A stretch of 64,000 bases of DNA from Azolla caroliniana (Eukaryota > Plantae > Polypodiophyta): assembly GCA_043228905.1 (NCBI GenBank), contig JBHGNT010000011.1, positions 5,208,001 to 5,272,000 on the forward strand, read 5' to 3'. The translations under genes were made by a program, and so were the position numbers. Below, piece after piece: positions 1 to 12,035 of this stretch. The notes under the pieces were generated by a model, which had not been told where the DNA came from, made no database searches, and worked only from the letters and a program-made list of their open reading frames with translations. The number at the start of each line of letters is the position of its first letter. Within the stretch, counting starts at the first letter, position 1.

Positions 1-1156
1 AGAAGTGAAATGTACACCAGAGGGGAATGCGAACTTATGCACAGGAGGAACTATATTCATCAACTAAGAATCATCAACCAGAACACAATGGGCCAAGTGG
101 GCTTTTTATAGAAGTCCTCAAGGGACGAGCACATTAAATGCTGTTGGTGGAGTCTAGTATTAGACATCCACTAAAGTATGATGCTATCATAAGAATATCT
201 AATATTCTTTGACCACATTTACAGTTGACAACTTGATATCACAATCTAGGTCTTCGTGTAACTAGATCGTTTACACAGATTACAATGAAGTGTGTTCATA
301 TACTTTTTCACATATCGTGCTTTTCTCCGTTAACACTGGTTCACACAAGTTGAGCTTGATTCTCTACACTCCATTTGCTTCGGCATGGAGGGTGGGAAGA
401 GATGAATCTAGAGCTAAAGCCCTTATTATCCACTTCATGGATATGGACAAGAAATAAGCTTTCCTATCTAAAAGAAGGGCACTCAAGGGTGAGAAAATAT
501 ACTTGGATGACAATCTAACTCCAGCTCAAGTGGCACACCACAAAGAAAACATGCCACGAGTGCTCAATGCAAGGAAGGAAAATGGGTTGTATATAGAGAT
601 GGTAGGGTCATTATTACAAAGAAGAGAAACGTAAGACGACGTATGGCCTCTAAGACCCTATGCATGACTATATGGAATTGCAACAGCTCTCTATGGACAG
701 ATGTCGGTTATTTTGAAGATACCTTCAAAAACATTGCTACGTATACAGAGACCCACCAATGCATGGCTAGCAAACTCCCCAATGCACAAGGATATAGATG
801 GGAGTCAATATGTCATCCTCAACCTTGGACACCAAGAAGCACTAGAGGTTCGAGAGGAGTGGCTGTGTTATACAAAAAGGAGCTCCTATGATGATAGAGT
901 GCATGTTGTGCATAAGGACGTAGATGCACGTTACATGTGGATACAAATCAACAGAGGGGATCTTAGGGAACTATATATTGCAATTTGCTACTTTCCACTG
1001 CATACTCAAGGTTTGCACCTCTCCGTGAATCACCATATCTATCATCATAAGATTGCTACTATGGGGGAGATAATACTATTAGGGAACTTCAATGCATGAA
1101 CTAAGGATGAACAAACAACTATGTTTGACACCAATGAGGCTGTTTATGGAGAAGTT

Positions 1157-2413
1157 ATGGCAGAAGACTTACTCTAAAGCGACAAGCTCAAGATATAGGT
1201 GCTATAACTGAATATGGCAAACACTTTCTAGCCTTCAGAAGTGCGCATGGATTTGTGATATATAATGGACTGCCATGATGGCCTGGATCGGATGCTTTGA
1301 CATGTTGGAACCCAAAAGGAGGTGCAAGCACAGTCAATTACAGAATGGGATATCCATCTCTTACACCTGAAATAAGAGAGTTCATGCATATCTACGCTTT
1401 GAGGTGAAAGATGGATGCACAAAGGATGTATATGCTAAGGAGAGTGGGTTGGCTAAGTATCAATTCACTTGAGAGACAATTGATGTGAATAGTTGTGGAG
1501 TATACAATGGCATGCTACATTTGAACCCTTTCACACCCTAGATGAAGTTACCCAACAATTGATGTGAATAGTTGTGGAGTATACAATGGCAGAAGACTTA
1601 CTCTAAAGCGACAAGCTCAAGATATAGGTGCTATAACTGAATATGGCAAACACTTTCTAGCCTTCAGAAGTGCGCATGGATTTGTGATATATAATGGACT
1701 GCCATGATGGCCTGGATCGGATGCTTTGACATGTTGGAACCCAAAAGGAGGTGCAAGCACAGTCAATTACAGAATGGGATATCCATCTCTTACACCTGAA
1801 ATAAGAGAGTTCATGCATATCTACGCTTTGAGGTGAAAGATGGATGCACAAAGGATGTATATGCTAAGGAGAGTGGGTTGGCTAAGTATCAATTCACTTG
1901 AGAGACAATTGATGTGAATAGTTGTGGAGTATACAATGGCATGCTACATTTGAACCCTTTCACACCCTAGATGAAGTTACCCAACAATTGATGTGAATAG
2001 TTGTGGAGTATACAATGGCAGAAGACTTACTCTAAAGCGACAAGCTCAAGATATAGGTGCTATAACTGAATATGGCAAACACTTTCTAGCCTTCAGAAGT
2101 GCGCATGGATTTGTGATATATAATGGACTGCCATGATGGCCTGGATCGGATGCTTTGACATGTTGGAACCCAAAAGGAGGTGCAAGCACAGTCAATTACA
2201 GAATGGGATATCCATCTCTTACACCTGAAATAAGAGAGTTCATGCATATCTACGCTTTGAGGTGAAAGATGGATGCACAAAGGATGTATATGCTAAGGAG
2301 AGTGGGTTGGCTAAGTATCAATTCACTTGAGAGACAATTGATGTGAATAGTTGTGGAGTATACAATGGCATGCTACATTTGAACCCTTTCACACCCTAGA
2401 TGAAGTTACCCAA
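1157..2413. repeat. Tandem triplication, 429-bp period, inside the LINE
   Basis: Unit starts ATGGCAGAAGACTT at 1157, 1586 and 2015. The same 64-aa minus-strand ORF appears three times in the ORF track. Confidence 0.97.
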
Positions 2414-4127
2414 GGATTGTCAAAATTATTGCATAAAACTGCCACAAATGCCTGTCCTAACACAATGGCCAATCTCCCCAAACTTGGTAGAATCATTTTT
2501 TTATACAAACAACCTACCAACGCCTCGTAAGGAAGAAGAGATTGTATTTAGCTAAATTTGAAGATCATTTGTATCACTTGTTTCTAGGACAAGAAATTAA
2601 AAGAGCATGGAGAATGTTCAATGAGAGGCAACCTACCACACATGTGACCTCACCTCAAGTGTAGCATGAATATGCAAAGGTCCTGTATGATATCCCGAGG
2701 CAACCTCCTCTTCCACAACCACATGAATCCACTTTTTTTACTCCACAAAATATAAGAAATGCCATTGATCGGTTACAATTTGGGAAGTCACAGGATTATG
2801 ATGGATTGGTTGGTGAGCCGTTTATCTATGCCCATTACATCTTGCTTCCATTGCTAGCACACATCTTTAATAGAGCCATGTGTTAAGGTTTCTCTACTAG
2901 ATGGACTCACCATACCATTGTGCCAATCCTCAAGGGTGGAGACCCCATGTTGCCAAACAACTATAGAACAATCATGATTGGCCATTACTTGGCTAGTTAA
3001 ACTATATGGCTCGATTCTAGAGTCAAATTTGAGTATATGGGCAGAGTGGAATGGCTGCCACTCAGCTGGACAGGGCCTTCGGAAGGGGTTCACAACTTTG
3101 GATCACAAATTGACCATCCAAGCCCTTATCGAGGAGGGCAGAGCCCATAATAAGAGGAATTATCCCTGCAATGTGGATTTCAGAAAAGCCTTTGAACCCA
3201 ATCTATTCAAATGAGCTGGGACCCAACCTAGCGATCACCGAAATGGCCATTGTACCATGTGCTTGGCTTATTCAACGGCTACATCCCTTGGTGTTCCTAC
3301 AGATAAAGGGGGAATCTATGCACTCTTTGAATCCATGTCAGGAAAAGTGTGGTCTTCCAAGGGTTTTTCAGAGGCAGTGGCTAGCACAATCGGAGTGAAG
3401 CAAGGATGCCCAGTGCCCACTATCAACTACTCTCCTCAGTCTCTATATACATGAGGTATCAAAGTACATAGAGGGATTCTAGGGTTCAGGAGCATGCCTA
3501 GCTGCGATAGCTACACAAATATTATTATATGCTGATGATATTGTGCTGATTTCTGACTCTTCAGAGGGACTACAAAGACATCTAAATGAGTTAAAACTAT
3601 TTTGTACGGGCAAAGGTTTATTGATAAACATGGATAAAACTGAAGTGATGGTGTCTAACACCACTCAAGCATGGGTAACAAGATCAGAACCAGAATTCTT
3701 CTTGGGAGAGGATAAGGTGGAATACACACGCTCCTACACATACCTAGGAGTAACATTTACAGGGCCTAGGTTCTCTTTATGGGAGGTTTCTTGTGCTAGA
3801 CTTTCTCGTGGATATGCAGCCTTTGGTGCTCTCGAAAGACAATGTGCACATTTGCAGTTCCAAGAGCCACAAACTAAGCTGCGGTTATTGGATACACTTG
3901 TCACACCAACTCTTCTCTATAGAGTAGAAATGTGGGAACTGAGTCTTAACAAGGAAAACCATTGGAAAGATTTAGAGAGACCTGTAGTGTAAATGATTGC
4001 CTGCATGATAAGTGCCCCATGATATAACCCAACCAGAGATGAGAGCAGCCCCTATCCTATAATCACTGAGGCATTGTTCCAATTAGTGACCTATATCCAA
4101 CATGTTTGGGAGCTCCCTAAATGGAGG

Positions 4128-4148
4128 TTTAGGGTTTAGGGTTTAGGG
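4128..4148 (+). repeat. Interstitial plant telomeric repeat (TTTAGGG)3
   Basis: Three perfect TTTAGGG units embedded in LINE ORF2 sequence. Confidence 0.9.
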
Positions 4149-5874
4149 TTGGCACTTATGTCACCAAGACAACTGGGTGAAAATGGAGACATTCATTGTT
4201 GGTATGCTGAGATGTAGCAATGGTTTGAGTCACATGGCATAAGCATAAATGCACTACCTCCATTCCAATATAGCTTGAACTGTCCCCATCTAAACATGAC
4301 CAAAGTGGAATAGAATAGAGTGATCCGAACTGAAATTATTAACTTGGAAAACAGGATAACATGGATCGGCCCCAAAGTATTCACTTGGTACGAAGATGGT
4401 ACGAAGATGGCCTGCTACGTTAGAGGATGGATTCATCATTAGGCCACCTTATATGGACATACATCTATCGTATGCGCTGCGTAGTGTGATAGGGCAGCTG
4501 CGAACTTCATCACATTAGTTAGAGATTGAGGTAGGCACATATACACGAATACCTCTAGAAGAAATAATTTGCCGATTGTGTCATCAAGGAGTGGAATCTG
4601 AAGAACACTATGCTACCGTAGAGTCTTTTATGAAATAAGAGGGAGATGCCATCGCCTCTTTAAACAAGGTTTTGGCCCACTACGCAAGCTAATGGAATAT
4701 GAGGACCAACGGCGCCTTGGACTTTTCTTGCTAGAACTCAAGAGCCATAGGGAAAAGTTATTGAAGGACAATGGTACAACCACACAAGCTCGTCCACAAA
4801 GAACAATCACAACTTTCTTTTGCCCCATCACTCCAACTAATGCTACAAGTCAATCAAGAGCTACACAATTGGGCTCCCGACCAGGATATAGCAAAGGGGT
4901 TACAATAGATCTAGCAATAGCAATTTGTCGTGCACGTAGGCCTTGGCCCTAGGGACCACGACCTTATCACCCTTGTCATCAACAGATAAAGGTCATTATC
5001 TCCCACCATTGTAGGTGCTTCCCTCGCGTCGGAGACCTATCCATTCTAGATCGACCTATGCCAAACATCTGTTGAAGTCAAAAGTTACAATATATCTAAC
5101 TTGAGAACCTTAATGTGCCGAAACCCAGATTCTTTCTGGTCTCTTTTTATCTTATTTACTTTTATATTTCCTTAGTAATATTTATTTTGATTTGATTTGT
5201 TGTTCTCAAAGAAAAGACAACACTCAAAATGTAATCTCTTGTTTGGTCTTATAGGCCATTTTGGCCTCTTAAAAGACATTAATATTTCTTTCTTTCTTTT
5301 TCTGTTCATGAGATCGCCGAAAACAGAACAGTTTACAAAGATGGAGTGGTTTGCATTCACTGTATTGGGGGCAGAGATGCACAGGTTCTGTATTGTGAAT
5401 ACAGAGCATCACAAAGACAAATACCTGAGAGAAAATATACTTATAATCAGGTTTAGCATTACACCTGAAAAATCGGATTAGTATATTCTTGCAGGATCCA
5501 TTGGAGATTTCTAAATGGAAGCTATCTGATGTAAAGTATTAATGGAGTGCCTTTGAAAGACAAGGTTACTAGCCTACCATCTCAATGTTGCATGACTTAA
5601 ATTTCATTCCGATCAATGGAGAATTTGAGGACAACTTGATTATAAAATCTGGATTCTAGAAGCCTGTAACATTTTTCCTATGTAGGTATTGGGTTTTCTG
5701 CAGAATAAAATGGATAACAGAGAAAGGAGAGCAGTTAGATTTCTAAATGAAAATCCAAGATAAGACTAAAAAAGAATGAGTTTCTGAAAGAGTGAAAATT
5801 TTTGTTCCGCTGAAGAGACAACCAAAATTTGTAAATTTGTTAATCTGAAAGAAGTCCAGTCATGAGAAATTTAC

Positions 5875-8768
5875 CATGGCTAGAAATAGTGCTGCTGCCA
5901 ATGCTAAGATCTTCATTTAATGCTAACCTTATTTCTGGATTTCCAGTTAGGTAGCTCTTCATTTGTATCGTTCCATCAACTTCTGATGTTAATATATAAC
6001 CCTGGAAAATAGTACCCATTGGTCAAGGTTGAAATTACAGTTCAGCAAGCTAAGCATTTGTGCATGTATCCTTCAATAATATGAAATGAGAAATCGGAGA
6101 CAAGATACATACACTTGAACTGAATGTCACACTTATTTTCTCAATAATATCCACAAATATTTCTTCTCGCTTTTTGCCACCAGGTTCATTCGCCACAACT
6201 GACTTAGTAACTGCAGTTCCGGGCATCCGTTTCGAACCTTGCTATGATAAAAAAAAATACATCATTGTAAGAGAAAAAGTGTGGCAGGAACACAAAAACA
6301 CATATTATATTAATGTCTAAAACTAATATATATATATATATTGTATATACACACATATATATTAATGGGAAAGAACTGTATATATACACACAAACGAGAG
6401 TTGCAATGCATCTCCAAGTAGTGGACTCCCTAAAAAGTGGAATGAACATGAATTCATAGCTGAAGATAAAAAAGATAAACATTTCTCAAGCATATGATGA
6501 AGAAGCTTAATAATTATTCATCCCACTGTCTGGCAACCCAATTTAATCATAAGAAAGGAAAAAATGCCATTATTGATGGTTGTACAATAAGGATAAGATC
6601 GAAGTTCTGTGACAAGCCAAGTTCATACAAGGTAGCAAGCTTTGGAAAACTAATTAACTAGCTCCACAGCTAGCAAGCTTAGTTACTTCAAGATACCAAT
6701 GTTTAGACCTAGCTCCACAACTAATTAAGACAGACATGAAAACTGTTATGTCAATGTCTTCAAATGGTAAAAGAGTCTTGGAAACACTCTTTCATTGTCA
6801 CATGGTATAATGCTCATGAAGGCTTTCGATTTTTTGGAAGTTAACAGCCCAGAATGTTTTTATTTTAGGCAGCAAAAGGCATGCATCTTGTAATTTTCTC
6901 TCTAGAAACTAGAAAGGAGGAGTGGAGGTATACCAAAACAAGCATTTTGAGTATTTAGTGTTCCATAAAATTAACATATGGAGTATCTTCTCAACGATTG
7001 AAGCTAAAAGAAGAATAAAACCCATAGAGGGCGAAGCCAGTAAACTTATGGTCGAAAAATGTAAAACCAAAGGAAGAATGCTTCACAAATTGAAACAAAT
7101 TGATCATATGTATGGACTAAGGTTTTACCATAAATATGGCAGCAGCCCCAAGATTTGGGATCCTTGCAGCATCAATAACAATGGGTTCATTGAAGACATA
7201 TGATTTCAAAATTTCAGTGGATGTTGTCTGTGGGTAACCAAAATCCTACCACAAACAAATGAAACAATAGCTTTATCTCTGTGTCAAAAGAAAGTGCAAT
7301 TCCATAAAGAAACACAAGAAAGCAATACAGACGTTAAAAGGAGAATACTCACTATCATTTCATCAAGAAGTTCATAGACTAATACAAAATTTCTCCTCAA
7401 AGATTCTTCATTGAGAACACCTAGATAATCTTTGGCTACTCTGATGATACGTTGCAATAACTCCAGCACAAGAGAAGGTGACACATTTACTCTTAACGTT
7501 GCCACAAATAGCAACCCTGCAACCTTCACATGCAAATAGTTCACACCATCCACATTCTGCAGAGACAAATCAAAACATAGAAGTTTATTCAGAGTAGAAG
7601 AAACTTCTTGACCATTAGTCTTTCAAACATCAACACACTGAATATTGGCGCTAAAACCAATCATGTGAAAGATTGTAGGGCTGAATAGCTAAATTTAGAG
7701 TTCGGGTATCCTAGAGCCGAGAACATAACATATATCATAAGCTCAAAGTTTTCTAATTGCTTTGACTGAAAGGCTCAATACAATCCGAGTATTGAGAGTG
7801 TCCACGGTACTGAACTGTTCAGCACCAGGAACATGTCAAAATCTGCATTTCTGAATGACTATCTGAATGACAAGGAATTTGTGGAACAAACACTGGTTTT
7901 GAGCTACCTGATTCAGAAAACAAGGTCTTGAGGCTACAAGAGTTCTATCCGGGTTGAAGCAGGAACCCAGGGCCTAACATGACTGGATTGACAGATACCT
8001 CATGACAAGTGTACTTAAGAGATATCCAGCGGATGTTGCACTCTATGTCAAAACAGAAGAAGAGCAGATAGTAAATGATGATGATTCAACTTTGGATGGC
8101 GACTCAAATAAAGATGACAATCATATGGAGGATTGAGACTCAAATAGGGAGAGAGGTACTTAAGATGATTACTGAATCTTGATCCACCATATCATTTTTA
8201 GGATTATGGATATTTCATCTGTTCTGTTTTTGATGATTACTCTTGTCTGGGCAAACCAAACTATAGATTGACATCTGTTTTGTGATTTTTCTTCCTCATT
8301 TCCCACTCAGAAACTTAGACCAGTAAGCTTCATATGTTTCTAATATCCTTATATGTAAATCCTGATCTATATATAGTGTATAGTTAATGAATGCATTATG
8401 GCATATATATCTTTGATGCATCGAATGGTTATGAGAATCTCCTCCTCTTTAGCTACTATTCACCAATGTAGCTTAAATCATTACTCAATCAAGTAATTCA
8501 GAAACCATTTGTAAATTGGATTTATTCCCACTCACAAATACAGGTGGGGCCTCCTCTCCTTCCTCTCCTTTCCAAAACTTCACATTCCGAAAAAATATTT
8601 CTGCACTGCTTTTCGGCACGTCTGCTCGATCTGTGCAGTTGATCAAGCATTATAAAAACAACTAGAAATGATTTAGAAATAACATGAAAAATTGAAATGC
8701 TATTGCTTACAATCTCTAAAGATGATACTATCCCCTCGAAGTGAGAGCACAAAAAACTGAGAGATCAT
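5875..8768 (-). CDS. AP4M: AP-4 complex subunit mu (adaptor medium chain), first six coding exons; 3' exons lie outside the window
   Basis: Coding exons 8768-8711 (MISQFFVLSLRGDSIIFRD), 8630-8536 (YRADVPKSSAEIFFRNVKFWKGEEGEEAPPVF), 7556-7353 (NVDGVNYLHVKV...YELLDEMI), 7245-7129 (DFGYPQTTSTEILKSYVFNEPI...), 6241-6113 (QGSKRMPGTAVTKSVVANEPGG...SVTFSSS), 6001-5875 (GYILTSEVDGTIQMKSYLTGNPEIRLALNEDL...). All introns GT-AG with consistent phase. The protein matches plant AP4M as recalled. Confidence 0.95.
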
Positions 8769-9688
8769 TTTATTCCTTTCAATGGAATCCCATTCATAAA
8801 ATGTGGATTTAAGTTGTGGTCGCTGTCCTCTTAGAAATTGTAAGGTCTCCCCCTTTCTACTCTAGAACATGTTAAGATCCTTCACAGAGAGCATTTAAAG
8901 ACACATATTTGGATTATCATGTGGAAGGTATCTGTGAAAAACAATAGGTTTTAAATGAACTTAAACATGGCATTCATCAAAGATCAGGATGTTTAAGCTC
9001 AAATGTATGATCAGAGGAGAATTATAATATTTTTCTGCTAAATGTTTATAAATTTGTAGCATTTTGTCATAATTTACCTATTGTTTCATGCATAAAAAGA
9101 ATACATTCTAATTAGTAAAGACATTTTTCAAGAATACTGGTTCAAAGTTGTAAAAATATGAAAATTGGTGCATAAGTATACAATTTTCCTGCTAAATTAG
9201 TATCGAATTTTGGCCTTTTCTTTTTTATTCCATACATATATGACATATTAATGAAGCAACGTTGCCAAAAGTCTACAAATGTAATATCTGTAGTGAAATT
9301 CTTTGTCAATGAGGTCACGAATGCAGCCTTTAAGATCAAATATTTGCTAGTACGGCTACAAATGCAGCATTTTAAGTAAATTCTTTGATAAAAAGGGCTA
9401 CAAATGCAACATCCGAGGGTGAAATCTTTTCTCAATGCGAGATCTCATGGTGAATTCTTTACTAAAATTCAAAATTGTTTATGAAAGACTTTGCAAATCA
9501 GCTGCCATATCTGAAAAATGGGATGGCTTTATATATGAAACCTTATGATCCATCTCTATGAGAACAGAAAACGACCTACTTTCCATCAAAACGTCCGTAT
9601 CTTGCAAACAGAACCGGTCTATGCTCAATTTTCAAAGAAATCAAAACAGGAAATAGAGATCTAGATGGTAATCAAACATGTGGTCACC

Positions 9689-9800
9689 TGTGCACCTTAG
9701 TTTGATCCTGAGTCTGATTTCTGACACTGCGAAGAAACAAAATTGGAGAGGAGGAGGAACAAGGTGAGGGGAGAAGGATTAGAAGGAAAGAGAAACTAAA
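9689..9800 (-). promoter_or_regulatory. Putative first non-coding exon / TSS region of AP4M
   Basis: CT-rich minus-strand leader ending in a CAG|GTGAC donor-like site near 9688. A matching acceptor-like TTTTTCACAG lies at ~8931 upstream of the ATG. Inference only. Confidence 0.4.
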
Positions 9801-9928
9801 TGTACATATGCCATGTGTGTAATGTTGTATGTATATATGCATGCATGTGTGTAATGTTGTATCGCTCTATGTATGTATATATGTATGACATGTTATGTAT
9901 GCTCATGTTATGTAATGTATGTACATAA
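9800..9928. repeat. Degenerate TA/TG (TATG)n low-complexity tract
   Basis: Repeated TGTA/TATG and CATGTGTGTAATGTTGTAT motifs. Confidence 0.75.
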
Positions 9929-10642
9929 AGAGGGCTGGCGAGGGAATCGCGGCCACAGACGGTGCAGGTCACTCAGAGGACGGCGCGTGATCGGCACCGT
10001 CAGATTTCGATAAGGAAGAACACGCGGAAAAACAAAGCTGTCAGAGGTCACCCAACTCTGAGTCGTTGGTCGCCCATCCCTGACCTTTGCAGGTCGCCCA
10101 ACCGTTGCAGGTTGCCCAACCAAATGTATCATTTCGGCCAAAATCTTTAAATAAGCTTGATCATTACCCTTAAAACTTACAATAACATATCAAACAATCA
10201 CAAAATCCAACCTTCAATTATTCAAAATCGACTATCTTCACCATACTTAACATAAAACAAATAATCATCTTAAAACATAAATGTTAAAAGTTTAAAAACA
10301 TAAAACTTAAAACAAAGATCAACTTATAACATACTTGAAACATGAATCAAAATATGACATCCTTTAAACATAAATCTACATACGACATATTTGAAACATA
10401 AAACTTTAAACATAAATCAGAATATGCCATACTTGAAAAATAAATCAACATATGACATCCTTTGAACGTAAATCCACTTTGAACATCGTAAACCCAAATC
10501 AACATGTGTCATACTTGAAACAAGAAACTTAAAACATAAATCAACATATGACATACTCCCAAATGCACTCATAAATCAACATAAATCCCTCGAAACATTG
10601 TAAACCCAAATGCACCGGTCCGCAAAACCACTCAAGCTATGT

Positions 10643-11404
10643 TTATGGCTCATCTGGAGATGATGGCAAGATGTGACCACAATTCTTGCAACAATCAACA
10701 TTTGAGCCCCTTGATCTAAAGGTCAAGGCATCGCAATGCAAGCATCGCATCTTCTCTATCGCATATATTGGCAACCGCTTCCTAGTTCGACTTGCGCCTC
10801 TTTGCATTTTTCCTATGTGTGCCTTGGAAGTGTTTGGGGAGATGCCAATAAGATCTTGTGAAATGTTGATTGATGCTCCCCTTTTTGCACCAATTGCTTG
10901 CTTACACCCTATGGATCCACGATCTTCTTCATTGATTGGTTTCGGTGCACCTAGGTGATACACCAGCATCTGACCTATTTCTTCAATGGACTCCATACAT
11001 GCCAAAATTGTTGCACGGTCGAGGGATCGTAACCCTTGCCTAAGACATTGAATAGCCCCCTCAACCGTTTGTATTTTCAACTCCCATTCCTCCATTTGTG
11101 ATGTTATAGGGTTTGTCTCCTCGACTGGTTCTACCTCTGTCTCCACTTCCGTCTCTATGAAATGGTCATTGCACATATGGGTTGCATGATCTATAAAAGG
11201 CAATGACCCACATAGATGTGGCATGTGCCTGTCAATAATCATCCTAATGCCGAGTATATGCTTACATTTACTCGTAGGGTCTTGGCAATCACAATATGAG
11301 TATTGGAGCGATACATTATACCATACATTCGGTTTTGTCAAGCTCAATATTTTAAACCAATATTGGGGCTCATCCACAATATGCATTGTCACATCATTAG
11401 TTTT
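10643..11404 (-). pseudogene. MULE transposase C-terminal part with SWIM zinc finger
   Basis: CDCQDPTSKCKH (SWIM CxCx(n)CxH) and a terminal CLHC...CKNC. Joins in frame with the 15365+ part (RYET|NDVTMH) when the Copia and one TSD are removed. Confidence 0.85.
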
Positions 11405-11502
11405 TGTAAAGAATTAGGTAAGTAATTAAGGGTTAATTAGTACCTAATTATGTGATTAAGTTAAGCAAAGATTATGTGATATGTGTGTGTATGTGTGTGA
11501 GA

Positions 11503-11543
<41 letters not shown>

Positions 11544-11845
11544 ATGAACAACACAAGATGGGGGATGAGTAACTATGTTAAATTAGCATTATCATCATCA
11601 AATACAAAAATACCATCAATGAGGTATATATAGATCTCATGTGCGTGCACATGTGTGAGGAGAATGTGGGTACAACTATGTAAGTCCTATATTAAATGAC
11701 CTTGGGAGTGGAGGATCTAGAATATCCTACTTAAGTACAAGGTCCTATTTAAGTCGTTATAGTCAACACTTCTCACTAGATTCTATCTAGGTAACTACGA
11801 AGTTACATTAACTAACTAAACTAAGTTGAGCTTGATCTCTCAACA
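11405..11845 (-). repeat. 3' LTR of the Copia element, with (GA)n microsatellite
   Basis: Direct repeat of 14922-15364. Confidence 0.95.
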
Positions 11846-12035
11846 CGCCCCCTCAAGCTCAAGTGTGAGGCGTCTGACATCCGGTGTTGTTTTCGGTGTT
11901 GTTCGACTTTCGATGTTGGCTTCTGTGCGGCTTCCGTCCGGCCTTCGGCTTTGTTCGTCGTGGCAATCTCGGGTCCTCCCCCTCACGCCAGTGATGAAGG
12001 CTTGTAGTGTGTGGGCGAAGGCCAACTACTTCCAC

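Larger units (their letters stand above)
380..5075 (+). mobile_element. Degenerate non-LTR retrotransposon (LINE): ORF1 C-terminal remnant, APE endonuclease, RT and C-terminal Cys/His region; lies antisense in an AP4M intron
   Basis: ORF1-like KGEKIYLDDNLTP (~485-525). Endonuclease motifs IWNCN, RGVAVL, ILLGNFNA (643-1100). RT motifs VDFRKAF, GVKQGCP, LLYADDIVL, YTYLGV (3170-3760). C-terminal RTSSH..EIEVG..ICRLC..ESEEH (~4500-4610). Many stops and frameshifts; ends approximate. Confidence 0.88.

Noticed and set aside
1228-2280. Three identical 64-aa minus-strand ORFs
   Set aside because: By-product of the 429-bp triplication, antisense to LINE ORF2; no independent coding evidence.
5425-5464. 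Possible extra AP4M micro-exon (TTTTTCAG...CTCAG|GTATTT on the minus strand)
   Set aside because: The translation does not resemble the expected next AP4M segment (LDDCNFHESV); no support without RNA data.
9270-9470. Short repeats (GGCTACAAATGCA...GTGAAAT) upstream of the AP4M ATG
   Set aside because: May be a DNA-transposon relic, but no TIRs or TSD could be identified.
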